A stretch of DNA of 64,000 nt, taken from NCBI GenBank assembly GCA_025062155.1, contig JANXAM010000008.1:11786-75785 (forward strand), given 5' to 3'. Positions 10,423 through 18,997 of this stretch are shown piece after piece. Each line of letters begins with the position of its first letter. Within the stretch, counting starts at the first letter, position 1. This stretch comes from Gloeomargarita sp. SKYB120. Its GTDB lineage: Bacteria > Cyanobacteriota > Cyanobacteriia > Gloeomargaritales > Gloeomargaritaceae. The notes beneath the pieces were generated by a model. The model did no database searches. It had not been told where the DNA came from and worked only from the letters and a program-made list of their open reading frames with translations. The position numbers and the translations under genes are program-made.

Positions 10423-11427
10423 ATGTCCAATCGTTCAGAGCCAATCGTCGTCATTGGGGTGGCAGGAGACTCCGGCTGTGGGAAATCCACCTTTTTGCGC
10501 CGGCTGACGGACTTGTTTGGGGCCGACTTGATGACCGTCATCTGTCTGGATGATTACCACAGCATGGACCGCAAGCAGCGCAAGATTGCGGGCGTGACGG
10601 CCCTCAACCCGAAAGCGAACAACTTTGACTTAATGTACGAGCAGATCAAAGCGCTCAAAGAGGGCAAGCCCATCGAAAAGCCCATCTATAACCACGTGAC
10701 CGGTACGATTGACCCGCCGGAAACGGTTTATCCCCGTCCCATTGTCGTGATTGAGGGGTTACATCCTTTCTATGATGAACGGGTGCGGAACCTAGTGGAT
10801 TTTGGCGTTTATCTCGATTTGGACGATGCGGTGAAGATCGCCTGGAAAATTCAGCGGGACATGGCCGAACGGGGGCATACCTACGAGGATGTCATCCGTT
10901 CCATTGAAGCCCGCCGTCCCGACTTTATGGCCTACATTGACCCCCAAAAACAATACGCCGATGTGGTGATTCAAATTCTCCCTACCCAATTGATTCCCAA
11001 CGATACGGAACGAAAAGTTTTGCGGGTGCGGATGATCCAGCGGGAGGGGCGCCCCGGCTTTACACCGGTTTACCTGTTTGACGAAGGCTCGACCATTACC
11101 TGGATTCCCTGTGGTCGCAGGCTGACCTGTTCCTATCCGGGTATCCGCCTGTACTATGGTCCCGAGGAGTACTTTGGCCATCCGGTGTCAGTGCTAGAGG
11201 TGGACGGGCAATTTGACAAGTTGGAAGAGCTGATTTACATCGAACAACACCTCAGCAATACGTCCACCCAGTATTACGGCGAGCTGACCGAACTCCTGCG
11301 TAAGCATCCTGAATACCCTGGCTCGAACAACGGCACAGGGCTGTTCCAGGTGCTAGTGGGTCTCAAGATGCGGGCGATGTATCAGTATATCCGTTCCCAG
11401 CACAGTCCCTTGCCGGCGGCGGTCTAG
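10423..11427 (+). CDS. prk: phosphoribulokinase
   Basis: GVAGDSGCGKST Walker A, ICLDDYH, KIQRDMAERGH, IPCGRRLTCSYPG. Confidence 0.97.
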   Translation: MSNRSEPIVVIGVAGDSGCGKSTFLRRLTDLFGADLMTVICLDDYHSMDRKQRKIAGVTALNPKANNFDLMYEQIKALKEGKPIEKPIYNHVTGTIDPPETVYPRPIVVIEGLHPFYDERVRNLVDFGVYLDLDDAVKIAWKIQRDMAERGHTYEDVIRSIEARRPDFMAYIDPQKQYADVVIQILPTQLIPNDTERKVLRVRMIQREGRPGFTPVYLFDEGSTITWIPCGRRLTCSYPGIRLYYGPEEYFGHPVSVLEVDGQFDKLEELIYIEQHLSNTSTQYYGELTELLRKHPEYPGSNNGTGLFQVLVGLKMRAMYQYIRSQHSPLPAAV

Positions 11428-13739
11428 TCCTCCAGGGGGATCAATTTCTCCCGGCGCGGGTCAATCAGGTGGAGCGTGAACCGGTTTTCGAACCGGACAA
11501 ACAGGAAAGGGCGCTTGGCGTCGTCTGAAACCGCCACGACTTTCCCCACACCAATGGTCTGGTGCAGGCAACGGTCCCCAACTTGCCAGCGGTGGGTGTT
11601 TTTGCTTCTGGGTTTAGATGGGGGGTTTGGCGCGGGTAGCCCAAACCGGCCTCGGTCCATCTCCACCACGTGCGGGGGTAACTCCTGCAGAAACATTGAG
11701 GCCATAGCCGGTTCCCGCTGGTTGCCGTAGAGACGCCGGGAAGTGGCGTGGGTAAGGAACAGGCGCTCCTTGGCGCGGGTGATGCCCACGTAGCACAAGC
11801 GGCGCTCCTCCTCCAGGGCCGCCGGGTCGTGCAGGGCGCGGAAATTGGGAAAGAGACCCTGCTCTAACCCCACCAGGAACACCACCGGAAACTCCAGCCC
11901 TTTAGAGGCATGCAGGGTCATCAGGGTCACCCGGTCCGCCCCTTCTTGCAACTCGTCGGTGTCTGATGCCAACGATGCGCTGGCTAGAAAGCCCACCAGT
12001 GAAGGGTCGTCGTTTTCTTCGCCGTACTGGATGGCAGCGTTCACCAGCTCCTGCAGGTTCTGCAACCGTTCCAGAGCCTCGTCAGTGCCCTCCTGTTCCA
12101 GTTCCCGCCGGTAGCCCGATTCGGTCAAAATCCCCTGGATGATCTCCGGCGCCGTCTTCTGGTTCAGTTCCTGTTGCCAACGCTCAATCAGTTGCACAAA
12201 ATCCTGGAGACCTTTGCGGGTGCGGCTGGGGAAGGCGGCCAGTTGGTCGGGGTCTGTCAGCACTTGCCATAGGGAACGCCCCTGAGCCATCGCTTCTTGC
12301 ACCAGTTGGTCCAGCGTCACCTTGCCCAGGCCCCGTTTGGGGGTGTTGATCACCCGCAGCAGGCTTAGGTTGTCAGCAGGGTTAACCAGCAGGCGCAGGT
12401 AAGCCAAGGCGTCCTTAATTTCTTTACGCTCGTAGAACCGCACGCCCCCCACCACGCGGTAGGGCACATTGCCCCGCACCAGCACCTCTTCTAGGACGCG
12501 GGATTGGGCGTTGGTGCGATACAAAATGGCAAAACTCCGCCAGGTGTACTCAGGGTGTTGCTGGCGTAACCGGCGCAACTGGTGCAGGACATAATCGGCC
12601 TCGTCCCGCTCGTCGGTGGCTTCAAAGGTGCAGATTTTGTGGCCGGCTTCGCGGGTCGGGCGCAACACCTTGTCAATGCGTTCCTGGTTGTGGCGGATCA
12701 GGTGATTGGCCGCCTCCAGGATGTTGGCGACTGAGCGGTAGTTGTCCTCCAGCTTGACCATCGTGCGGGTGTCGTCGTCGGGAAGACGGTCGCCAAAGTC
12801 GTTTTGAAAATTCATCAGGATAGTGAAATCGGCACCCCGGAACCGGTAGATGGATTGGTCCGCGTCCCCCACCACAAAAATCGAGCGATTGTCCCACGCT
12901 ACGTCCTGAATCTCAGCGCCCTGGGTAACTAGCAACCGAATGAATTCGTACTGGATGTGGTTGGTGTCCTGGTATTCATCTACGGCGATGTGGCGAAATC
13001 GCTGGTGCCAGTAGGCCAGCACCTGCTCGTTCTGACGAAATAAACGCACGGGCACCAGGAGCAAATCGTCAAAGTCCAGGCTGTTATTGCGGGCAAGTTC
13101 CTGCTGGTAACGACTGTACACTTCGGCGATGACCCGGCCTCGGTAGTTGGGCTCTTCCCGTTCATACTGGCTGGGGGTTTTCCCCTGGTTTTTCAGGCGA
13201 CTGATGGTGTAGTAAACTTGGCGAGGTTCAAACCGGCGCTCGTCCAGATTCATTTCGTTCACGATTTGTTTGATCAAGCTTTGGGCGTCGTTTTCGTCCA
13301 GGATGGTGAAATTGCGGGTCCACTGGCGTCCCTGTTCGTCCCGATATTTCTCGATGTCATAGCGCAGGAGACGGGCGCACAAACTGTGGAACGTCCCCAT
13401 CCACAGATAGCGGGTGAACTGCTGATAGACCTGGGAGCGCCAGTGCTGCTGGGCTGCCGGTGAAAGGCGCGTCCAATCTTCCTGCGCCCGTTGTGCCAGC
13501 CGTTGGGCCAGTAGGTCCTCCACTCGCGTTTTGATTTCCCGCGCCGCCTTGTTGGTAAAGGTGACCGCCACGATATGTTCCGGGTCCACGCGGTAGTGCT
13601 CCAGCAGGTAGGCGATGCGGTAGGTTAGGGTGCGGGTTTTACCCGAACCGGCACCGGCTACCACCAGCAGGGGGCCGCAAAAATGTTGTACAGCCCGCCG
13701 TTGGGCCGCATTTAAACCCGATAAAAGCCAATCATCCAT
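11424..13739 (-). CDS. pcrA: ATP-dependent DNA helicase PcrA/UvrD
   Basis: LVVAGAGSGKT, VDEYQDTN, VVGDADQSIYRFRGA, LMTLHASKGLEF, EERRLCYVGITRA. Confidence 0.95.
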   Translation of the reverse strand: MDDWLLSGLNAAQRRAVQHFCGPLLVVAGAGSGKTRTLTYRIAYLLEHYRVDPEHIVAVTFTNKAAREIKTRVEDLLAQRLAQRAQEDWTRLSPAAQQHWRSQVYQQFTRYLWMGTFHSLCARLLRYDIEKYRDEQGRQWTRNFTILDENDAQSLIKQIVNEMNLDERRFEPRQVYYTISRLKNQGKTPSQYEREEPNYRGRVIAEVYSRYQQELARNNSLDFDDLLLVPVRLFRQNEQVLAYWHQRFRHIAVDEYQDTNHIQYEFIRLLVTQGAEIQDVAWDNRSIFVVGDADQSIYRFRGADFTILMNFQNDFGDRLPDDDTRTMVKLEDNYRSVANILEAANHLIRHNQERIDKVLRPTREAGHKICTFEATDERDEADYVLHQLRRLRQQHPEYTWRSFAILYRTNAQSRVLEEVLVRGNVPYRVVGGVRFYERKEIKDALAYLRLLVNPADNLSLLRVINTPKRGLGKVTLDQLVQEAMAQGRSLWQVLTDPDQLAAFPSRTRKGLQDFVQLIERWQQELNQKTAPEIIQGILTESGYRRELEQEGTDEALERLQNLQELVNAAIQYGEENDDPSLVGFLASASLASDTDELQEGADRVTLMTLHASKGLEFPVVFLVGLEQGLFPNFRALHDPAALEEERRLCYVGITRAKERLFLTHATSRRLYGNQREPAMASMFLQELPPHVVEMDRGRFGLPAPNPPSKPRSKNTHRWQVGDRCLHQTIGVGKVVAVSDDAKRPFLFVRFENRFTLHLIDPRREKLIPLED

Positions 13740-13800
13740 GCCAGGGGGCACAACCGTTGGATGGTATTTTAACATTGGGACTTTCTCGGCTTGGCTGCCG

Positions 13801-14631
13801 ATGACTCGTCTGTTGCCCTGGTTGTGCCTGGCACCGGCGCTGGGTCTTTTAGGCGTCTTTACCTTCTGGCCAATGGGGTTTCTCGTGGGTTTGAGTTTGA
13901 CCCAGGGTAGTCTGACCCGCCGTGGAAGCTACTGGGTGGGGTTGGCCAATTACGCTCGCCTGCTCAGCGACCCCGATTTTGCGCAGGTGCTGGTCAATAC
14001 GCTGATTTACACGGTGGGGACGGTGGTTCCAGCGGTGATATTGCCCCTGGTGCTGGCGGTGATGTTGAACCAAAACCTGCCGGGCCGGAGCCTGTGGCGC
14101 TTGCTCTACTTTTTGCCCTCTGTCATCTCCCTGGTGGCGGCGGGTTTGGCGTTTCGATGGCTGTTTCAAACCGAGGGGCCGTTGAACCAGTTGTTCCACC
14201 TGTCCATCCCCTGGCTGAGCCAACCCTGGGGGGCGCGGGTGGCGCTGATAGTGGTCAGCGTCTGGCATCAATTGGGCTTTAACCTGGTGGTGTTTTTAGC
14301 CGGTTTGCAAACGATTCCCCTGACCCAGTACGAAGCGGCGTTACTTGATGGCGCCAATGCCTGGCAACGGTTCTGGTACATCACCCTGCCCAACCTGCGG
14401 CCCACGCTGGTGCTGGTGACCGTCACAACGACCCTCTTTACCCTACGCAACTTTGAACCGGTGTACGTGATGACCGGCGGCGGCCCCTTGAACCGCACCA
14501 ACATCCTGGTTTATTACATCTATGACCAGGCATTTAACCAATTTGATTTGGGCTATGCGGCGGCGGCGGCAGTGGTGCTGTTTACCGTGGTGTTGGGGTT
14601 GCTCCTTTGGCGGTTAAAGACGGTTGGCTAA
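13801..14631 (+). CDS. carbohydrate ABC transporter permease
   Basis: Six hydrophobic segments, EAALLDGANAWQRFWYITLP EAA loop, TGGGP. Confidence 0.9.
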   Translation: MTRLLPWLCLAPALGLLGVFTFWPMGFLVGLSLTQGSLTRRGSYWVGLANYARLLSDPDFAQVLVNTLIYTVGTVVPAVILPLVLAVMLNQNLPGRSLWRLLYFLPSVISLVAAGLAFRWLFQTEGPLNQLFHLSIPWLSQPWGARVALIVVSVWHQLGFNLVVFLAGLQTIPLTQYEAALLDGANAWQRFWYITLPNLRPTLVLVTVTTTLFTLRNFEPVYVMTGGGPLNRTNILVYYIYDQAFNQFDLGYAAAAAVVLFTVVLGLLLWRLKTVG

Positions 14632-15263
14632 CGTCGGCATTGGAGATAGTAGTGCCACAGCAAGCGGGCGGCCACAGCACGCCAGGGTCGCCAGGGCGCC
14701 GTTACTTTGGACCAGTCGCGGACGCTGCATTTGGCGGGTAAGCCGTAGAGCTGTTGGACAGCCCATTCCAGCGCCAGATCGCCGGTGGGCCACACGTCAG
14801 GACGCCCCAACGCCATGAGTAGATAAATGTTGGCCGTCCAGGCGCCAATGCCGCGAATTTGGGTTAATTCCCCATAGACCTGCTGGTCATCCTTATCCTT
14901 CAGGGCCTCCAGGTTCAGACGCTGTTCCCAAATCGCTGTCGCCAAGTGACGGATATAGGTCTGTTTAGGGCGGCTGACGCCACAGCATCGCCATTGTTCA
15001 GGCGTCAAGGCCAACAGTTGCTCGGCGGTAAAGGGCTGGCAAAGCGCTTGCAACCGGTTGAAGATGGCTTGGGCGGAAGCCAAGGACACTTGTTGCTCCA
15101 GGATGATCTGAACCAGGGTTGCCAAACCGGGCGGGCGTAACCACAAAGGCGGCGTCTGCACCTGGGCATAGACTTGGGCTAGCACAGGGTCCTGTTGGGT
15201 GAGAAATTGCAGGCCCTGTACTAGGGTGGCGGGATTGATTGTCAGGCGTGGGACGCTTGCCAT
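14628..15263 (-). CDS. DNA-3-methyladenine glycosylase (AlkA family)
   Basis: ILEQQVS, HhH motif LTQIRGIGAWTA, DVWPTGDL, WRPWRAVAARLLW. Confidence 0.88.
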   Translation of the reverse strand: MASVPRLTINPATLVQGLQFLTQQDPVLAQVYAQVQTPPLWLRPPGLATLVQIILEQQVSLASAQAIFNRLQALCQPFTAEQLLALTPEQWRCCGVSRPKQTYIRHLATAIWEQRLNLEALKDKDDQQVYGELTQIRGIGAWTANIYLLMALGRPDVWPTGDLALEWAVQQLYGLPAKCSVRDWSKVTAPWRPWRAVAARLLWHYYLQCRR

Positions 15264-15279
15264 CGGCGCCGCTTCCAAA

Positions 15280-15480
15280 CCGCTGATCATCGCTGATCAA
15301 CGCTGGAACTTGCACTGAGTGCAAGCCTGTTGAACCTATCCAGTGATGGCTCACCAGTGCCAACTTCCTGCTTCATTGCACACGTAGCTCGTAGACCGAC
15401 TTCCATCGTTCCGCCGCCAGAGGTGGCTCCACAGGCAGCCACGGTCGGGCTGACCGCGGGGGCTAGGTAGGAGTGCACTA
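15280..15480 (-). ncRNA. predicted omegaRNA scaffold of the first TnpB
   Basis: Overlaps the tnpB 3' end; contains GTGGCTGCCTGTGGAG...TGAAGCAGGAAG typical of tnpB 3' ends and the hairpin CTTGCAC-TCA-GTGCAAG; boundaries inferred. Confidence 0.5.
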
Positions 15481-16513
15481 GATTGCAAGCGGCATTGCAG
15501 TCCCTATCAACTGGACTGTCCGAACCAAACCCACAGTGGGAACAGACAAACCACTCGCTACTACCTAACCCTTTATGGATATGTCCACATCTTGAACAAC
15601 GCTTGCTAGAAGGATACCAGCGGTCGGCTATCACCAACCGACTACCGTACAGCTGGCATTTGTATTCAAGTTGTCGTCTGACTTCGTACAGTCCTATGTC
15701 TGCTATGGTGCGTGCCAGCCAGCGATTCCTCAACATACCCCTCACATGCAAATCTTCGATTACGATAGTGCCGTGGTTCTTGGCTAGTCTCGAGGTTAGT
15801 TGATGGATGGCATTGGCACGTAAGCAGGCTATACGGTAGTGCACCTTAGCTATCCGTATTCTGGTCTTCTCACGATTGGCTCCTCCTTGGACTTGACGAC
15901 TCAACTTTCTTTGCAACCGCCGCAACTTCTGCAACGCCCCTTTCAAGGCATGCGGATTCTCAAAGACTTCACCAGTCGAAAGCACCGCGAGCTTCCGACC
16001 CCCTAGGTCAACCCCGACAACGTCTATTTTCTTCGGCGTGGGCTGCGGTTCAACCTCGTAGTGGAACGACACAAACCACCGGCCCGCTCGCCTGCTAACG
16101 ACGACGCTCTTTGGCTGAACCGCCGAGAGTGTCTCGTAGCACCGCACCCAGCCTATCTTAGGAAGTTTAATGCAGTTGCTGCTGATGCGAACCGACCCTT
16201 CAAGATAAAAGCTGTCGTCCCGGTTCTTCTTCTTGAACCGCGGGAACAACGCGGTCTCTAAGTCCCGTAGCGCCTGCTGGGGGGCGTAGCCCCAAGGGTT
16301 CTCCCGCTTAACTTCAGCAACCAGGCGCTTGTGCAGGTCGATGGCACTGGGGAGCTTTTGCTTGTGGTCGGGACGCTCCCGGTTGTGTTGAAACACTCCC
16401 TGGCAAACCTGCAGGCCCCAGTTCCAAGCGTGTCGTGCTACTCCCGCGTGCTTCGCTAGCAAAGTGCGCTGCTTGTTGTTCGGACGGAGCTCCGTCTTAA
16501 AGCCTAACAGCAT
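15287..16513 (-). CDS. tnpB: TnpB RNA-guided endonuclease (IS200/IS605/IS607 OrfB)
   Basis: MLLGFKTEL HTH start, RuvC-I VGVDLG, RuvC-II VIEDL, Zn finger CSRCG...CSHCG, RuvC-III DRDCNAACNL. Confidence 0.92.
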   Translation of the reverse strand: MLLGFKTELRPNNKQRTLLAKHAGVARHAWNWGLQVCQGVFQHNRERPDHKQKLPSAIDLHKRLVAEVKRENPWGYAPQQALRDLETALFPRFKKKNRDDSFYLEGSVRISSNCIKLPKIGWVRCYETLSAVQPKSVVVSRRAGRWFVSFHYEVEPQPTPKKIDVVGVDLGGRKLAVLSTGEVFENPHALKGALQKLRRLQRKLSRQVQGGANREKTRIRIAKVHYRIACLRANAIHQLTSRLAKNHGTIVIEDLHVRGMLRNRWLARTIADIGLYEVRRQLEYKCQLYGSRLVIADRWYPSSKRCSRCGHIHKGLGSSEWFVCSHCGFGSDSPVDRDCNAACNLVHSYLAPAVSPTVAACGATSGGGTMEVGLRATCAMKQEVGTGEPSLDRFNRLALSASSSVDQR

Positions 16514-16782
16514 ATGTACCGTTTTACACCATTATCCACTTCTGTCCATCGTCTTGAACACCTAGGTCATCCCTCCAAGGCTACGGGGCAGGGATACATT
16601 TCATCTTGCCAGAATGCGCACGTCCTGAACCCCTGTTGATTACGGCTCAGTCATTATCATCTCTGGTAGTCCTGTTCTTGTCATGGATAGGCCAAGGCCA
16701 GATAATCGCTCCACTGATTAAGCCTTATTGACAATAGTCGGCAAGGGAATCGCGCTTTATGAAGCTATGCTTTGACCAGTGC

Positions 16783-16806
16783 TACAACGCATCATTACCT
16801 ACATAG
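16783..16806 (+). mobile_element. IS1 3'-end fragment
   Basis: TACAACGCATCATTACCTACATAG (YNASLPT*) is 21/24 identical to the reverse complement of 42253-42276, the insB end of the IS1 remnant. Confidence 0.55.
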
Positions 16807-17195
16807 ATCATTGAACTGCTTATGTCTATGCATTAACGATGGTCTTTTTCATCTTATAGCCAAGCACAGAATGCTTGACATAGGCAGCAACCGGAATCCT
16901 AGATGCTTTCGCGTTGGTTGCTTCTCAAAGGCGACAATCTAAACGTTTTCTGCTTGCTGGGTATCGGCATTGGCCTATTAGCTGTAATCCCGTTAGGAGA
17001 TACGCTTGGTATCCTTTAAGAGTGTCGTCCCAGGGGCTGAGTTGGCAATCGTTTTACCTGCTGTTGACCAGGTTGTGGATAATGTGGTGATTAACTGGGT
17101 TCAATCCCGTTTGGGTTCTACTTTCATTGCCAATTGGCTCTCAGGTAGCTGGTGTCCTGGGAATCCTACTCCGTGTCAAGGATTCCTGCATGAAA

Positions 17196-17224
17196 GGGAC
17201 AGGGCTTCATGCTGCACCTGTCCC
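17196..17224 (-). terminator. stem-loop downstream of ndhJ, possible terminator
   Basis: GGGACAGG/CCTGTCCC 8-bp inverted repeat 20 bp past the ndhJ stop; no clear U-tract. Confidence 0.35.
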
Positions 17225-17243
17225 CATGACAGGGTTATTCTCT

Positions 17244-17759
17244 TCAGTAGGCATCCTGCAACTCGTAAAAATCGGGCGTGATATAGTCCTTGCGCATCGG
17301 CCAGCCCACCCAGTCCTCTGGTAACAGGATGCGCTTCAAGTGCGGATGACCAACGTACTCGATGCCGTAGAGGTCGTAGGTCTCCCGCTCCTGCCAGTCT
17401 GCTGCTCGCCAAATCCAGTAGACGGACGGCACCTTCGGGTCATGGCGAGGCAAAAACACCTTGACGCAGACCTCCTCGGGCCGGTCGGCGTTGTCCGCCA
17501 GTTTCACCAGGTAGTAAAAGCTCACCAGGTCTTGCCCTGGCCCGACGTCATAGCCCCCCTGGCAACGCAGGTAGTTAAACCCGTAACCGTAGAGCGCCGT
17601 GGCAATTGGCAGGAGTACGTCCCGCTCCACCCGCAGGATTTCCACACCCTGGTGGTCGCGCCCCAAGTACTGGTGGGCAAACCCCTGCTCGGTCAACCAG
17701 CGGGAAATCGGGCCCACCTCAGTTGGAGTTATAGTTCCAGGTTCAGGATTTGCCGCCAC
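17244..17759 (-). CDS. ndhJ: NDH-1 subunit J
   Basis: [47 protein letters not shown]. Confidence 0.97.
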   Translation of the reverse strand: MAANPEPGTITPTEVGPISRWLTEQGFAHQYLGRDHQGVEILRVERDVLLPIATALYGYGFNYLRCQGGYDVGPGQDLVSFYYLVKLADNADRPEEVCVKVFLPRHDPKVPSVYWIWRAADWQERETYDLYGIEYVGHPHLKRILLPEDWVGWPMRKDYITPDFYELQDAY

Positions 17760-18471
17760 CGCTGACCTCCACCGCTTGGGCTTGCAATGCCGGAGGAACT
17801 GGCATCCCCATCGCTTGGGCCAACTCCAAGGGGGGCGCTTGCCGCGTCGGGCTTTGCAGGTATTGACCCGTATGCACCGGCGGTACCACCTTCAACTCAT
17901 GCTTAACCGTGAAGTAGCGGTGGGTCTGTTCGTACAACCGCCGTTCCCGCGCATCCTCCTGGGCAATCTTCTTGCGCAACTTGATGATGGCATCAATGAT
18001 AGCCTCAGGCTTGGGCGGACAACCCGGCAGGTACACATCCACCGGAATGATCTTGTCCACGCCCCGCACGACGGTGTAGGAATCGGTGCTGAACATCCCC
18101 CCCGTAATCGTGCAGGCCCCCATGGCAATCACGTATTTGGGGTCAGGCATTTGCTCGTACAACCGCACCAACGCTGGCGCCATCTTCATCGTGATCGTGC
18201 CCGCCGTGATGATCAAATCCGCCTGCCGCGGGCTGGACCGGGGAATCAACCCAAACCGGTCGAAGTCAAACCGCGACCCAATCAGGGCGGCAAATTCAAT
18301 GAAGCAACAACTCGTGCCATACAGCAAGGGCCATAGACTCGATAAGCGCGCCCAATCGTACAAGTCATTCAAAGTGGTTAGGATAACGTTATTGGCTAAG
18401 TCTTGGGTTACTTGGGGCCGGTCCACCGGATTCAGAATTTTGGCCTCCCCAAACGTCGGCGTCATGACCAT
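17743..18471 (-). CDS. ndhK: NDH-1 subunit K
   Basis: [41 protein letters not shown]; ATGGTCATGA overlap with ndhC. Confidence 0.97.
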   Translation of the reverse strand: MVMTPTFGEAKILNPVDRPQVTQDLANNVILTTLNDLYDWARLSSLWPLLYGTSCCFIEFAALIGSRFDFDRFGLIPRSSPRQADLIITAGTITMKMAPALVRLYEQMPDPKYVIAMGACTITGGMFSTDSYTVVRGVDKIIPVDVYLPGCPPKPEAIIDAIIKLRKKIAQEDARERRLYEQTHRYFTVKHELKVVPPVHTGQYLQSPTRQAPPLELAQAMGMPVPPALQAQAVEVSGGGKS

Positions 18472-18824
18472 TCCAAAGCTCCTTTGCGCCAGGCATAGAC
18501 CAATGCAATTACCAGGATAGCAATAAAAATTAAAGCTTCAACAAATGCAAGTAATCCTAACTGGTTAAACGCCACCGCCCAGGGGTAGAGAAAAACCGTC
18601 TCAACATCAAACACTACAAACACCAGCGCAAACATGTAGTAGCGGATGTTGAACTGTATCCAAGCTTCCCCCAAGGGTTCCATCCCCGACTCGTAATTGG
18701 TGCGCCGCTCAGGACCGGTGCCCTTAGCCCGTAGCCAGGCCGATAAACCCAACGCCGCAATCGGCACGAGACTGCACACCAGCAAAAACATTAACAGATA
18801 GTCGTAGCCCTGTAGCTCAAACAC
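18462..18824 (-). CDS. ndhC: NDH-1 subunit C
   Basis: [46 protein letters not shown]; GTG start at 18824. Confidence 0.97.
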   Translation of the reverse strand: MFELQGYDYLLMFLLVCSLVPIAALGLSAWLRAKGTGPERRTNYESGMEPLGEAWIQFNIRYYMFALVFVVFDVETVFLYPWAVAFNQLGLLAFVEALIFIAILVIALVYAWRKGALEWS

Positions 18825-18997
18825 GCGCAACCCCCCCCTATCCATCTTCTCCCATGATGCCATAGCCGGTCTGGGTGTGCAGAAAAATGGGATCGAGGCC
18901 GCCCCCCAGGGGTTTGGGCGGTAAAACGGGCCTGGGTTATTGCTGAAGAACAGTTATGATGAAGGTGGTCGGCCAGCGCCAGCATTCCCTTGGTCCT

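Larger units (their letters stand above)
15280..16561 (-). mobile_element. non-autonomous IS607-like tnpB-only element (ends tentative)
   Basis: Contains tnpB. The minus-strand right end reads ...TTCCAGCG TTGATCAGCG ATGATCAGCGG (10-bp tandem repeats ending in GG); the putative left end follows TAGG about 48 bp upstream of the ATG. No tnpA ORF. Confidence 0.55.

Noticed and set aside
17085-17112. tRNA T-arm-like GGGTTCAATCCC
   Set aside because: No D-arm, anticodon arm or acceptor stem can be formed
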